This document shows positions 40,801-52,054 of a DNA stretch of 64,000 nt, piece after piece. Origin of the DNA: Macrostomum lignano. Its lineage: Eukaryota. The stretch spans positions 248,001 to 312,000 of the forward strand of contig NIVC01001189.1 of the NCBI GenBank assembly GCA_002269645.1, written 5' to 3'. Under the pieces are notes generated by a model. That model was given only the letters and a program-made list of their open reading frames with translations. It was not told the origin of the DNA and ran no database searches. Both the position numbers and the translations under genes were made by a program. The first letter of the stretch is position 1, and each line of letters opens with the position of its first letter.

Positions 40801-43800
40801 CAGTGTACGAACGTCCCACTCCATCCCGAGTTTTATTAACCTTCTGTCGTCGGCGTTTGGCCTTGCTGGTTATGTTGGAGCCATGTGCGGTCGTCTTCGT
40901 CGTGGTTCTTCCGGCGCCACAGTGTTTTTGCGGCATGAAGCGCACTTCGTGGTCTATGGTCGAAATGCTTTCAGCATGGCCGCTGAAGCCGCTCGTTCAC
41001 GACGCAGTCTGCGCGACCTATTCGATTCAGCCGACTTGCAACCAGTTGATCTGCACACCCTCTGGCGCGACACGCTGAAACAGATTGTCTGGAGTGAAGA
41101 TAGCACCTCGGCCCACTGTCGGCGAGTGCTTTTCGGTGACACTGTGCCAGACGACCGAGTGCTGACGCTGGCGTTAACCGAAGTGTCAGATGAATTTGCG
41201 ATTGATTTCGGACAAGGACCTGTTAAACTGAAAGTACAGGAACAGGCGTTTATTAAAGCTATGTACAACGACGACCAACTGTACACACGATTTGGCAAGC
41301 CACTTTGTGCGCTCTTAGATTGGGCCCTTGCCAAGGGCTGCCCTGAGGCCATCGTGGAGAGCTTGTACACTTCGATGGAGCGGCAGTGCATGCAAGGCGC
41401 ACTTCAACTGTCTAGTACGCTAGAGTTGCGCACCCGCTTGGCGTGGCATTTACCGCGTACTCTTGCTGCCATACCCACGAATGTACTTGAACGGATTAGT
41501 CGCGAGTGGCTGACGTCGCACCCGGTTACGTTTTTGTCTGCTGGATCAAATAAGCGGAAGCAGGAGGTGCTAGAGCGACTGAAATCTGAAGAAGGTCGTG
41601 TTCGGCTGAAGTAGATTTTATTATACATGATGTATAACATGTTACTGTCACATCATTTAGCTAGCAACGATTTTTTATCTGCGCTCGTTTTCTGTTGTTG
41701 TCCGCTCATCACTGCATGAGAGATGAGACTATTTCTCTAGGCTGCAGATAGTTCGACTTGAACGAGTAAGGCCACTTAGGAGCCTGTGGCAGCACGCCAC
41801 TGCTAGTTGAGCTGTATTGTATCCAGTTAAGGCCACTTAGGAGCCTATGGCAGCACGCCACTGCTAGTTGAGCTGTATTGTATCCAGTTAAGGCCACTTA
41901 GGAGCCTGTGGCAGCACGCCACTGCTAGTTGAGCTGTATTGTATCCAGTTAAGGCCACTTAGGAGCCTGTGGCAGCACGCCACTGCTAGTTGAGCTGTAT
42001 TGTATCCAGTTAAGGCCACTTAGGAGCCTGTGGCTGCACGCCACTGCTAGTTGAGCTGAGAATTGAGCTGTACAGTATTCAGTGAAAACGGATAATCTAG
42101 ACATTGATACTGCATAGATTGAATGCAGCTGAGCTTTACTTTAATTTTTTTTATTTCTGCTTCCAATTTTTAATCACACTAAGAAACTGAAAACGCCTTT
42201 ATCTCGTCTACAGTGAACTTGTTACTTGAATCTTAGCATTTTTTTTACTTTGCCAGTTAAGATCTTTTACATGCATTACAGGTGCAAAATTCGGTGCCTA
42301 AATTCTTTTCATTTCTAAGTATATCTATTCAATTTTAGTATAGTTGTTATCACATTTATCATGTTGTGTGAAGGCAATCTATTGACACGTTGTTATTAAA
42401 AGAAAGAGAATTCAATCATATCAGTTTATATTTCAAGTTAGTTGTTCATACTTTTTACGAATGTAGTTTTGTTTTCAAGTTGGTTTGTTTGTTGTTAACT
42501 TTGCTTTTAAGAACTCAAAAAATACTTGTTTGCAATTTTCCACTCCTGATTAGAGTGATTGCGCGTTTGCGCTCTTTTTCTCAAAACCAATTGCGCACCT
42601 GCGCACCTAGCAGGAGTGTCCGCAGCTTTTTTAAATTCGCTCCAATAGGGTCCCAGATCTACAGAATCGCCTTTAACAGTCACTAGTACTGCTCCCAGAT
42701 CTGCAGAATCGCCTTTAACAGTCACTAGTACTGCTCCCAGATCTGCAGAAAAGCCTTTAACAGTCACTAGTACTGCTCCCAGATCTGCAGAAAAGCCTTT
42801 AACAGTCAGTAGCACTGCTCCCAGATCTCTTATTACAGAAGCATTTTCATATTTGCCGTGAAAACCTATCTAATTGCTCCCACCACGGGCCAAACTGTTT
42901 CCCAGGCGGCAACAGCGGCCACCTCGAACTGACGGTGATTCCCCGACCGCCGTCCGGCCGCCAGCTTGAGGACCTCGTGCTGACGGTGCCGATGCCGCGG
43001 GCAGTGTCGGGCGCCAGCCTGGTGGCGAGCGCGGGCAAATACTCGTACGACACCGCCAGCCGCACTCTGGTTTGGACAGTCGGCCGGCTGGACTCTCAGA
43101 AGGGCGCCGGGTCGCCCACTCTGTGCGGAACGGTGTGTATTGGGGCTTGTCAAGTTTAGAGCCGGGCCAAACCCATTGAAATCGATAAAAATAAATCATA
43201 TTTCTGAGGCATTTTTTCTCGAAAATTAGACAAATTTAAACATTGAATTCTCCCTTGTCACTCATATTTTGACTCAACAGACACGGTTATGGCATGAGGG
43301 GCTTCAAACACTTAAACTCACAATCCCTAAACCTCACAAACCCTAAACCTCACAATCCCTAAACCTCACAATCCCTAAACCTCACAATCCCTAAACCTCA
43401 CAAACCCTAAACCTCACAAACCCTAAACCTCACATTCCTTAAACCTCAAATCCCTAAACCTCACAATCCCTAAACCTCACAATCCCTTAACCTTACAATC
43501 CCTTAACCTCACAAACCCTAAACCTCACAATCCCTAAACCTCACAATCCCTAAACCTCACAATCCCTAAACCTCACAATCCCTAAACCTCACAAACCCTA
43601 AACCTCACAATCCCTTAACCTCACAATCCCTAAACCTCACAATCCCTAAACCTCACAATCCCTAAACCTCACAAACCCTAAACCTCACAATCCCTAAACC
43701 TCACAATCCCTAAACCTCACAATCCCTAAACCTCACAATCCCTTAACCTCACAATCCCTAAACCTCACAATCCCTAAACCTCACAATCCCTAAACCTCAC

Positions 43801-45471
43801 AAACCCTAAACCTCACAAACCCTAAACCTCACAATCCCTAAACCTCACAATCCCTTAACCTCACAATCCCTAAACCTCACAATCCCTAAACCTCACAATC
43901 CCTAAACCTCACAAACCCTAAACCTCACAATCCCTAAACCTCACGATCCCAAATCCTCAACAAATCCTTCCATACCTTCATCTGACAAAAGTCCAATTAG
44001 CATTACCATTTACCACAACCTCCATTAATAATATTGCTTGCTAATAGACTAGGCCTAATGATATGAAAAGTAAGGTCTTTTGTGAAAGAGAATGCTCTTA
44101 GGGCATGTAAAATTTTGGTCTTGCTAAGATTTGTGTCTATTAGCCTAACTTGTGCTAAGCACTCGTACAATGCCTTTGACGCTTGCACCCACTAACACAA
44201 ACTAATGCAGCTGGTGATGCAGACTGGCGCACCTGTGCCGGACTGCCGGCCCAGCATCCTTGTTAGCTTCAGCATCACTGGTTGGACCATATCTGGCCTG
44301 AAAGTGAACCGGCTGGACCTGCATGGCGAGGTTAGTACGGCTGTTATTATTGCTGAGTAATTTATAATAATAGTCTAAATAGCCTGCTAATCAAATTCAA
44401 TTCTCAGAGCAAGCCGGTTCTGCATCAGAAAACTTCGGTAGGAGCTCTAAAATTCCAATTGTCCGGCACACTTTTTGTGCCAATATTTTATTACAGGCAA
44501 TCTCGTTCTTAAGTTTTATTCGTGGCTTTTGATATTACTATGCCGTAGTGGTTTGATTGCTTTTTTACATTTTGTGGCGTTTCCTGTTTATTTACAATCT
44601 TGGGCACTTTATAGGTTTATCTTACTACTATTTATACTAATAATTGATATGCATTCAAAATTTATGGGATACATTGCCTGGCAATGTATGCAGCGTGCCA
44701 GCTTATTAATAGTAAATTGTAACATTTTTCTCCTTTTGTAGTTATCGTAATTATTGATTATGGCTAAGAATATTCCTTGTGACTTCAAACAAAACTTGGA
44801 TAGAGGACAAAGTTTTATGGATAGGGGACATTATTGAGTATAGAAGGAAAGAACCGAGAGGAGAGAGGGCAAGGATTGAGGGGAGCGGACAGGATTGGGG
44901 AGAGCGGACAGGATTGGGGAGAGCGGACAGGATTGGGGAGAGGAGACAGGATTGAAGAGAGAGGGGACAGGATTGAGGAGAGAGGGGACAGGATTGAGGG
45001 TAGAGAGGACAGTATTGAAAGGAGAAGGAACAGGATTGAGGGGAGAGGGGACAGGATTGAGGGGAGAGGGGACAGGATTGAGGGGAGAGGGGACAGGATT
45101 GAGGGGAGAGGGGACAGGATTGAGGGGAGAGGGGACATGATTGAAGGGAGGGACGACAGAAGGTAGATGGACAGCGGCAGGGACACTTTAATTGCACTGG
45201 ATTGGATGCTGTTTTACAACAGTAGGCATTTATATAGAATTTACAATTTGCATTTAATTGAGATCCACTGCTATACAGAAACTCGCATAATACTCCACTT
45301 GTGTATGAACTAATACGAGCGTAACTCTGGGGTTGTTGCTTCAAATGCTACTGGTACAGTGTTTTTACTATAAGTAAGACATAAATTCCAACAAATTAAT
45401 TGCAGAAATACAAGCCGTTTAAAGGTGTCAAATACGTGACGAAGGCGGGCAAACTCGAGTTCCGCACCTAA
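28834..45471 (+). CDS. AP3M1: AP-3 adaptor complex subunit mu, 423 aa, 7 coding exons
   Basis: Exons 28834-28868, 33590-33668, 33777-33995, 35473-35998, 42906-43132, 44211-44330 and 45406-45471 are all GT-AG and total 1272 nt in frame. MIHSIFFINNSGDIFLEKH, VPPLFVIEFLHR, LDNGFPLATESNILKELI, IPWRRSGVKYANNEAYFD and KYKPFKGVKYVTKAG match the mu3 family. Confidence 0.95.
29101..29848. repeat. Tandem duplication of a ~375-380-bp AT-rich segment in AP3M1 intron 1
   Basis: Copy 1 spans 29101-~29478 and copy 2 ~29483-29848. They are nearly identical apart from two small indels and a few substitutions. Confidence 0.9.
30304..32835 (-). mobile_element. Mutator-like (MULE) DNA transposon, internally deleted/non-autonomous, in AP3M1 intron 1
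   Basis: TIRs ggcgcatgaccaagatggccacacaccaagatggccacagct (30304-) and agctgtggccatcttggtgtgtggccatcttggtcttacacc (-32835). 8-bp TSD tatgaata at 30296-30303 and 32836-32843. The internal ORF has PHD and FLYWCH-like motifs. Superfamily assignment is inferred. Confidence 0.75.
31750..32451 (-). CDS. PHD-finger + FLYWCH-like ORF (233 aa), probably the 5' part of a truncated transposase gene
   Basis: C4HC3 pattern CVVC...CSQCLNWQHHAC...WLCNQC. YYRCTKRLSLHC resembles FLYWCH, and its His-containing continuation (PHTCDP) lies in a shifted frame near 31810. No DDE core inside the TIRs. Confidence 0.6.
   Translation of the reverse strand: MAGAYPCVVCLQPVYDGQEAIECSQCLNWQHHACDSRVTIDQYSAIRNVGELFWLCNQCNRQAPAGNLAVSQAADAAVVHVQAPNSGPAAVPLPAENPEPVHLIPAQAENFLYQYPDFNDPDPALEESIQIPPAELAPPRSPTPQPFEILTGAGCSHGKDLLVQYAQRDLGHLMDEKPRRNGNTYYRCTKRLSLHCHGSAVRRADGTIEDGTLLRTRAIQLIGQLRRERQQRR
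34520..35060 (-). pseudogene. Decayed, 5'-truncated RTE-type non-LTR retrotransposon fragment in AP3M1 intron 3
   Basis: Across frameshifts the minus strand reads RFIYLGG...KGLAWAAYRSIRAVLQSEALPDRQKARLWQVVAETALLYNAETWTLTATLERQLDS...AGHVI, the post-RT segment typical of RTE-like LINEs. In-frame stops are present. Confidence 0.6.
36165..36406. repeat. 42-bp minisatellite, left part (interrupted by the hAT-like element)
   Basis: Unit gcctttaacagtcactagtactgctcccagatctgcagaatc. The array resumes at 42651. Confidence 0.95.
36522..39050. repeat. 59-bp satellite inside the hAT-like element: ~38 apparently identical copies, then two ~128-bp variant dimers
   Basis: Unit gcagcgcgcaccatgcaccttgtgcgcgtaatgttactagcatatatgtagatctgcac. 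Register shifts by 1 per 60-nt line. Variants start at about 38786 and degenerate units continue to about 39450. Confidence 0.97.
39999..41614 (+). pseudogene. C-terminal part of a hAT-like transposase, frameshifted and lacking its 5' exon(s)
   Basis: Open frame after the acceptor tttgtag (39998): FSKTRFVSSS (TRW-like motif), FVTELLIFSEVMKPF...CQD, then a -1 shift near the A8 run at 40441-40448 into ...KGCPEAIVESLYTSMERQ...TLELRT, which resembles the hAT C-terminal dimerisation region. Confidence 0.6.
41763..42058. repeat. 61-bp tandem repeat (~5 copies) near the right end of the hAT-like element
   Basis: Unit agttaaggccacttaggagcctgtggcagcacgccactgctagttgagctgtattgtatcc. Confidence 0.95.
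42651..42828. repeat. 42-bp minisatellite, right part
   Basis: Same unit as 36165-36406, and in register across the TSD. Confidence 0.95.
43314..43950. repeat. 16-bp minisatellite (cacaatccctaaacct)n, ~40 copies, AP3M1 intron 5
   Basis: Direct reading. Confidence 0.95.
44860..45150. repeat. Purine-rich 19/21-bp minisatellite (gaggggagaggggacaggatt), AP3M1 intron 6
   Basis: Direct reading. Confidence 0.9.
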
Positions 45472-45802
45472 GTGGCTTTGCCACCTCGATTTGAGCAAGG
45501 AGTCAATTTTTGACTGCTAAATACTGGCTTGATAGTTTTTGTGTGTCTTTGTCTTTATTTTCTATTGTTTTGTAATGCGTCCCGTTATATAACGCATGCA
45601 GCGGTGTAAAATTCTAGTCTTGCGACTGTCGTTTTTAAAGACGAATTTATCATCTGCTCTGGCAGTGCAACTGACAGCTGGCGAAGTTCTTTAATTGTAC
45701 GAGTATCTTTTAGAAGCAGAAATTTCAGTTGTTTTCAAATTGGGGTCAAAGTTTTAATTAAATTGTGGGTATTTTGATTCACAGCCTGCTTCACAGTCTG
45801 TA

Positions 45803-46180
45803 AGATTCACAACCTCCCAGATTCACAACCTCCCCAGATTCACAATCTCCCAGATTCACAACCTCCCAGATTCACAACCTCCCAGATTCACAACCCTCCT
45901 AGATTCACAACCCTCCCCGCTTCCCAACCTCCTACCGGTAGATTCACAACGTCGCAGATTCACAACCTCCCAGATTCACAACCTCCCAGATTCACAGCCT
46001 CCCAGATTCACAACTTCCCAGATTCACAACCTCCTACCGGAAGATTCACAACCTCCCAGCTTCACAACCTCCTACCGGAAGATTCACAACCTCCCAGATT
46101 CACAACCTCCTACCGGAAGATTCACAACCTCCCAGATTCACAATCGCTCACAATCAATTCACAATCGATTCACAAATTCG
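45803..46180. repeat. 16-bp minisatellite (agattcacaacctccc)n with longer variants
   Basis: Direct reading, downstream of the AP3M1 stop. Confidence 0.9.
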
Positions 46181-46639
46181 CAACCAATTTGTGAGAATGT
46201 TTAGTGCCTGTGTGTCAGCGATAGCTTTCTATAGTGCAAATTATTTCCTAATAAATGTATTCCGTACTATAAATGTTTTCAGTAATAATAGTTGACGTTG
46301 TTGGTGCTAATTTGTTTTACTGGTTATAATTTTGTGTCTGTCTCTAGTCCACTATTTATAATACTTGCTGCTATTACTATTGTTACTATTGTTTATATTA
46401 TTACAAGCTGTTGAAACCCGCGGATTTTGAACCCGGGGAATTCCAATACCCGGAACTACTTTCGCATGTATTCTGAAATCTAAGGCCATACACAAACAAA
46501 AACTTGTTAATAGTTAGTAGGATAGAGGTAGACATAAAATGGAGCACATTCGTGTAAAATTAGGGTTTGAGACATTGTTGGCTGGGGTACTGTGCAGAAT
46601 GTCAGGCAATGTCTGTCTGACTCTAAAACATATTGCTAA

Positions 46640-47830
46640 ACTCTGGTCTCTCCCTGACTCTCCCTATGTCCCTTGGATCCTTTAAAATTTCTATCGTCTC
46701 TTTGTTTCCTCTCATCTCTCTCGTCCCTCGTCTCTCCTCTCTCCTCTCTCCCCTCTTTTCTCGTATGTTCCCTCATCTCTCTTCTCTTTCATCTCTCTTA
46801 TCTCATCTCTTGTCTCTTCTTTTCTCTCTCCTCTCCTCTCTCCTCTCCTCTCTCCTCTCTCCCCCTCTCCTCTCTCATCTCATCTCTTGTCTCTTCTTTT
46901 CTCTCTCCTCTCCTCTCTCCTCTCCTCTCTCCTCTCTCCTCTCACCCCCTCTTCTCTCTTATCTTCATTCTCCTTTCTATTCTTTTCTCTCTTCTCTTAA
47001 CTCTCTCCTCTACTCTCTCATCTTTCCCCTCTTCTCTCGTCTCTTCCCTCACCTCTTTTCTCTCTCGTCTTTGCTCTCTCATCTTTCCTTTCTCTTCTTT
47101 TATCTCTTCTCTCTCCTCTGTTATCTCTCCTCCTCTCTGTATTCTCTCCCCTCTCCATTCTCCTCTTTCCTCTCCTCTCTCCTCACTCACTTCTCTACCT
47201 TTGTCTCTCCTCTCTCCTCTCGTCTCTGTAACCTCTCCTCTATTCTCTCTACTCTCCCATCTTTTATCTGTTCACTCTCGTCTCTGCTCTCTCATCCGCC
47301 TCTTTAATCTGGCATCTCTGTCTTATTTGTTCTTCACCTCTCTCCGCTGTACTCTTTTCTTTCCCCTCTTTTGACTCCTCACTTTCCTTTCTCCTTTCTT
47401 CTTTTCTCTTTTCTACCCTTTTCTATACTCTGTCTCCCTCTCTTCTCTCACTCCACTCTCCTCTCTCCGTTATCTCTCATCTCTCATTTCTCATCTCTCC
47501 TTCCACCTCTCTCATCTCTAAAACCTTAGAGATGTAGAGATGTATCTTTATCTCTTCTCTCTTCCCTTTACTCTCTTATCTCTTCTTTCACCTGTTTCCT
47601 CTCTGCTCTCCTCTCTGCTGTCTCCTCTCTCCTCTCATCTGCAGCTCTCTGCTCTCTCATCTCTCATCTCTCCTCTCGCTTTTCCTCTCTCCCCTCTTCT
47701 CCCCTCTCTCTCATCGTCCTCACCCCCTTATCTCTGCTATTATCTTTTATCTTTTCTTTTATCCGCTCTGTCGCCTCTCCTCTCTTCGAATCGTCTATTC
47801 CTTCTTCTTTCCACTTTCATCTGCCCCTCA
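46640..47830. repeat. CT-rich low-complexity tract (similar tract at ~30690-31170)
   Basis: Polypyrimidine ctctc/ctcctct runs that generate spurious Leu/Ser ORFs. Confidence 0.9.
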
Positions 47831-49786
47831 GCTATGAGCTGGATTCTTTATCTGGCCTTTGAGGTAAAAGTCTGCCCATCCCTGCTTGGAAAGCCAGTTT
47901 GTGGGATGTAGTACTCTCATGGTTGTTCTCATGCTTTGATCACGTCATCTTTCTTGCCAATTTGCAGCCCTGAAAGGAATTTGCGTATCTTCAGCTCCAC
48001 TGCAGTCTGCATCAGTCTAACAACCAAGGAAATAAGCATTTCTTAGGAGGCCATTTAAATTTTAAAGTACCTTTAAGAGAAAACTTAAATTTCCATGGTG
48101 TGTCTAATTTAGTAGTGTTATATTGCATTGCATTGCTTTTTCATAAATCTTTCGCTTTTACAAACCATGCTGAATTACCTTGATTTGCCATTGCCATCCA
48201 CTGTTAAACTGCTGTAGAGTTTGCCTATACAGAGGGCAGTGGTTAGAATTTCTCACTAAACTGTTATGGCTAAACGTAGCCTCTCCACTCTCGGGGTGCA
48301 GAGAAGGCTATAAATAAAGTTATTCCAAAACACTGTACATTTGCTATGTACATTCAGTCCTATCGCCGGACCCTTCGTCTTCATGGGGAATGAGTGTGAG
48401 TGAGTGGCACAAACAACAGAAAAAGCAGACAAACTTCACATGCTTACAGTTTCTGTTCTGATTGAGTTAGAGAGTTGAAACTTTACATTTAGACAGAAAA
48501 TGGATCAATGAAGGATTGTGTCAAGTTTGAAGTCAATCGCTTTACGCGGAGCAAACTTATGGCAGCTGAAATTTAGTCAATTTGAAACCCTTTTACACAT
48601 CTGGGACCAGATCGGGAAAGAGAGGCAGGCGGGCGGAGGTTGGGGTGGTTGCTACGCTGAAAAAAACAGCCTAACTTTAAAAGTGCACAGCACCGCTCAG
48701 GATTAACTTTGAGACTCGAAATTTTACACGATTGTGTCAAAATAGTTGAAGATTGTCTGTGTCAAATTTGAAGAGGATCGGTAGAAGTGGAGCGGCGCTA
48801 AGGAGGCTTTAGTAAAAAAATCGCGCATTTTGAGCAGTTTTTTGCACTTTTAGGTAGGAAGACTCAAATTTAGGAAATTTAAAGGTAGCCTAAGACATTC
48901 TCCGTAGTGAGTTTAGGGTGGGTGTAAAATTTGGTGTCATTTGGTTGAGCGGTTTGGGAGTCCATAGCGATCAAAATTGTCCACACACAGACAGACAGAG
49001 TTTTGATTTTTATAGGTAGAGATTATTCCAAATACAAAAACTGCGTTTCCTCTGAGAGCCCTTTTATTGATTTATTTTTTTGGTGATTGGCTTACTTCGT
49101 GTTGTGAAAGAATATTTACTGCTTGTTTATTGTTGCCTGTCACTTTCTGCAAGCATACTTTTATAACAATCAGTCCTATTGTCCGCCTTTTCCTATTTCC
49201 TGTAATACATTATTTTGTCTCCGTGTCTTCAGTTGTCGCCGCAATATTTTTCTTGAATATTTTTTTCATTATTAGAAGAATTTATTTTGATTTATTTGTT
49301 TTCTGGCTGTACTAATTATTATATTGTTGTGCGTCCTGTTGCCATCCGAGTTAATTTGTTTGTTTGCAATTAAAATTATTAAACTGATTAACTATAACAG
49401 TCTGGTTTTTCCTTGTCTCTCTGATAAATTAATTCTATAATATTAGAATTCTGTTTGTTTGTGTTTCTTATTATTATTAAGAAATGTGCCATTTTTATTA
49501 TTTCAGGCACAGGAAATGTCCGTAGGATATTAAATTAACACAGAATCCTAACTTTCAAAGCAGAAAAGCTCTACGAATATCAACGGACCTATAAGAAAAG
49601 CAATTCATATCAAAAGATAAACATCGGGTCTGCCTGCTATCAAAAGCAATTAATCGATTTTGTGCTGTAAAATGAAAAACTATATTTTCAAATGAAACTG
49701 AACTAAATAAAAAACCTGCCGAAAAATTTCCAAGAAACGTAAGTTTCCCGTCCTACTACTACGCTAATAAGCTAGTTAGCTAAGCT

Positions 49787-50165
49787 AGTAGTATGCTAGT
49801 AGTACATGATATTGTGCATGTAAATTGTTTGCATATACCGGCACTAGTAGTACAATATGATTGTGTACATGTACACAGCTTGCATATACTAGTAGTACAA
49901 TATGATTGTGTACATGTACACAGCTTGCATATACTAGTAGTACAATATGATTGTGTACATGTACACAGCTTGCATATACTAGTAGTACAATATGATTGTG
50001 TACATGTACACAGCTCGCAAATACTAATAGTACATTATGATGGCGTACATGTACACAGTTAGAATATACTATACTAGTAGTGCAATATAACGGTGTAAAT
50101 ATGTACACACGGTTTGAATCTACATTGTACTAGTAGTACTATATGATTGTGTACTTTGTGTACTT
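49787..50165. repeat. 45-bp minisatellite with a 16-bp palindrome (tgtgtacatgtacaca); continues at 63917-63980 beyond the LTR element
   Basis: Unit tactagtagtacaatatgattgtgtacatgtacacagcttgcata. Related units resume after the right LTR. Confidence 0.9.
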
Positions 50166-51200
50166 TATACGCGTCTTTCTCTGGGGCCTTTGAGTTCGAG
50201 TTCTCACTTTCTTAAGATAGATGTCTAGCGGTCTAAGGTTCTTACAGCTCTTAGTCTCTCCTATCAGGCCGTCAGAGAAGACCGTATAAACTGACGGGAT
50301 CTCCTAGTATCTAAGCTGAGTTGGAGTCTCCCTAAGATTTGCTCTATGTCACAGTTAAGGCAAATGATCGATTTGAGACTCGGGTTTCTGCCAACTGGAT
50401 AATCCAGAAACTAATTCAAATGGAGCAATTCAAGATCGAATAACTGCGCAGGAAAAACGAAGCGCCGCTCCAGTTTGAGATGAGCGTCTATTTGTACCAA
50501 TTAGCATGTTTGGCCTCCCCGCCGCCGGTGGGGTGTCTTCGCGTTGTTAGCAACGGCGGGGGGTTTTGAGCAATAACAAACTGGGACTCAGTCCCCTAAT
50601 TGTACATGAATTTAGTTAGTTCTAGTAGGTTGCTAAGTGTGAAGGTTAGAGATTATTCGGGCTTTCGCAAATCTATGTGTTGAGTTGGATAAAATTTGGG
50701 ATAGAAAGATTATAGAAAAAGTGCTTAGTTTTCCGTCTCTACACTCTGTCCATGAATGATTAAACAGTCCTCTGTTTCTCTCGGTTGTCAGGCAGCTTGG
50801 GGTTGATCTCGCCTTCTTGGGCAGCTTCGGGTTGGGTAGGAGTCTCTAGGTGGGCCTCACGTTTTCTCCCTCAGGGTGCGCCAGAAGATGCCGCGTGCCG
50901 CGTTGTTCTCTAAGTCAGGCTGCTGCTCAGTTTGCTTTTCCCGGCCGGTTTAGTCGCCATTGTGCCTGCGGCGGGGTGACGCTACTAACTGGAATGGAAG
51001 GAGGCTTTGTTAGATTCGGCTATTCAAATTGACTTGACAGTTGATTAATTATCTTAAAGCTGCTTCTGTTTGCTCTTCTAATAGCTATCTAGGGGTTCCA
51101 TTGTACTCTTCTGCCTCGCCCTTCACTGCGCCTGGGCTTTTCATAAATTTCTACCTATCTTCTAACTTGGGGTCAAAACTTCAGATTTCTAACTCTTATA
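50166..51200 (-). repeat. 3' LTR (1035 bp)
   Basis: Direct repeat of 62881-63916. The offset changes from 12715 to 12716 at a C4/C5 run. Confidence 0.97.
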
Positions 51201-51203
51201 TGA

Positions 51204-51217
51204 TTCCCCCTTTTTTC
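51204..51217 (-). other. Polypurine tract GAAAAAAGGGGGAA
   Basis: Purine run on the minus strand ending 3 nt before the 3' LTR. Confidence 0.9.
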
Positions 51218-51420
51218 GAAATCCTTGTGCTAACAAGGATTTGATCAATCGACATCAGGGCTAAACGACATTGCAGGTACTGAAATTATCAAATATAAGA
51301 CGTTAGAAATCTGTATACGAGTCAAGCGTCTGGAGACGTAGATAGTTAAAGGTGTAAAGAGGCGAAACCTGGGAAATTAATTGAGGGGAAACAGTTCACA
51401 GTCGTATCTATGGGCCGTAT

Positions 51421-51738
51421 TTAGTCATCTTCAAGTTGAACATTGCCGCTTCTGGCCCATAGGTACTGACGATATCCCTGCAGTGTGGGCCAGGGTCGAA
51501 TGGTACTGGAGGCCGTGTAGTCGCCTCCCCTCCACGGTATCTCCGTGGGGGTCATCTCGCGTCCCCACTCGGCGTCGTTGTCAACTTGGGTGGCCACTGA
51601 ATGGCCCCCATCTATGTCGCTCTCGGCGACTTGCGTCTGCGCATCCTTTTTGATGCACTTGTGGACGTGGAGATTTACGTCCACAAAGGCTTCGCCGGGT
51701 CGCCGAGCATAAGCGTCTTCGGGTGAGTAAGTGGCCAT
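51421..51738 (-). CDS. Accessory ORF B (105 aa), unknown function
   Basis: True ATG (cccATGG) 10 nt after an acceptor-like ttaatttcag (51757-51748). No recognisable domain. Confidence 0.45.
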   Translation of the reverse strand: MATYSPEDAYARRPGEAFVDVNLHVHKCIKKDAQTQVAESDIDGGHSVATQVDNDAEWGREMTPTEIPWRGGDYTASSTIRPWPTLQGYRQYLWARSGNVQLEDD

Positions 51739-52054
51739 GGGAATGCTCTGAAATTAAGCAAGAGTGTGCTATTGATTTTCCGTGTGGCGGTTTTAGTGTG
51801 TATCGTCCTTGGCCTAAAGCTTCGCTTAGCGGTTCGACTGTACATTAGATCTATCCCCTGCGTACATGGGGTGGTGGGTGTGGCGGGACGCATGGGGGAG
51901 GGGTTTTGAATCTGGACTTGGAGCCGCAGGGGGGGTCCTTTCTTTTCTAATCGCCGGCTCCTTCCGTTTTTAAACGCGGCGCATGTGAGAGTAGCCCCTA
52001 AAGTTATCTATTCAGCTTGTTTTCCGATTGCCCTTAACGCTAACTGATCTCATT

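Larger units (their letters stand above)
36407..42650 (+). mobile_element. hAT-like DNA transposon (6244 bp) in AP3M1 intron 4
   Basis: 16-bp TIRs ccccattggagcgaat / attcgctccaataggg (1 mismatch), a subterminal gcggaca motif at both ends, an 8-bp TSD tcccagat (36399-36406, 42651-42658), and an internal transposase-like frame. Confidence 0.8.

Noticed and set aside
43314-43950. ccctaaa telomere-like heptamers (and ccctaa runs at ~9175-9220)
   Set aside because: They are embedded in a 16-bp intronic unit or are short and degenerate; this is not a telomeric array.
46633-47911. Leu/Ser-rich 'membrane protein' ORFs (also 30678-31220 and 44751-45344)
   Set aside because: They arise from CT/GA low-complexity tracts.
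48500-49030. Segment ending acagacagacagagttttgatttttataggtagagat, reminiscent of a non-autonomous Helitron-like repeat
   Set aside because: There is only one copy in the window and no termini could be defined.
50850-51032. Identical 60-aa ORFs at 50850 and 63566
   Set aside because: They start at GTG, lie within the LTRs antisense to the element, and are identical only because the LTRs are.
51675-51893. 72-aa basic ORF (MRPATPTTP...) overlapping accessory ORF B
   Set aside because: It is short, has no acceptor or domain, and spans the acceptor of ORF B; it may be a uORF at most.
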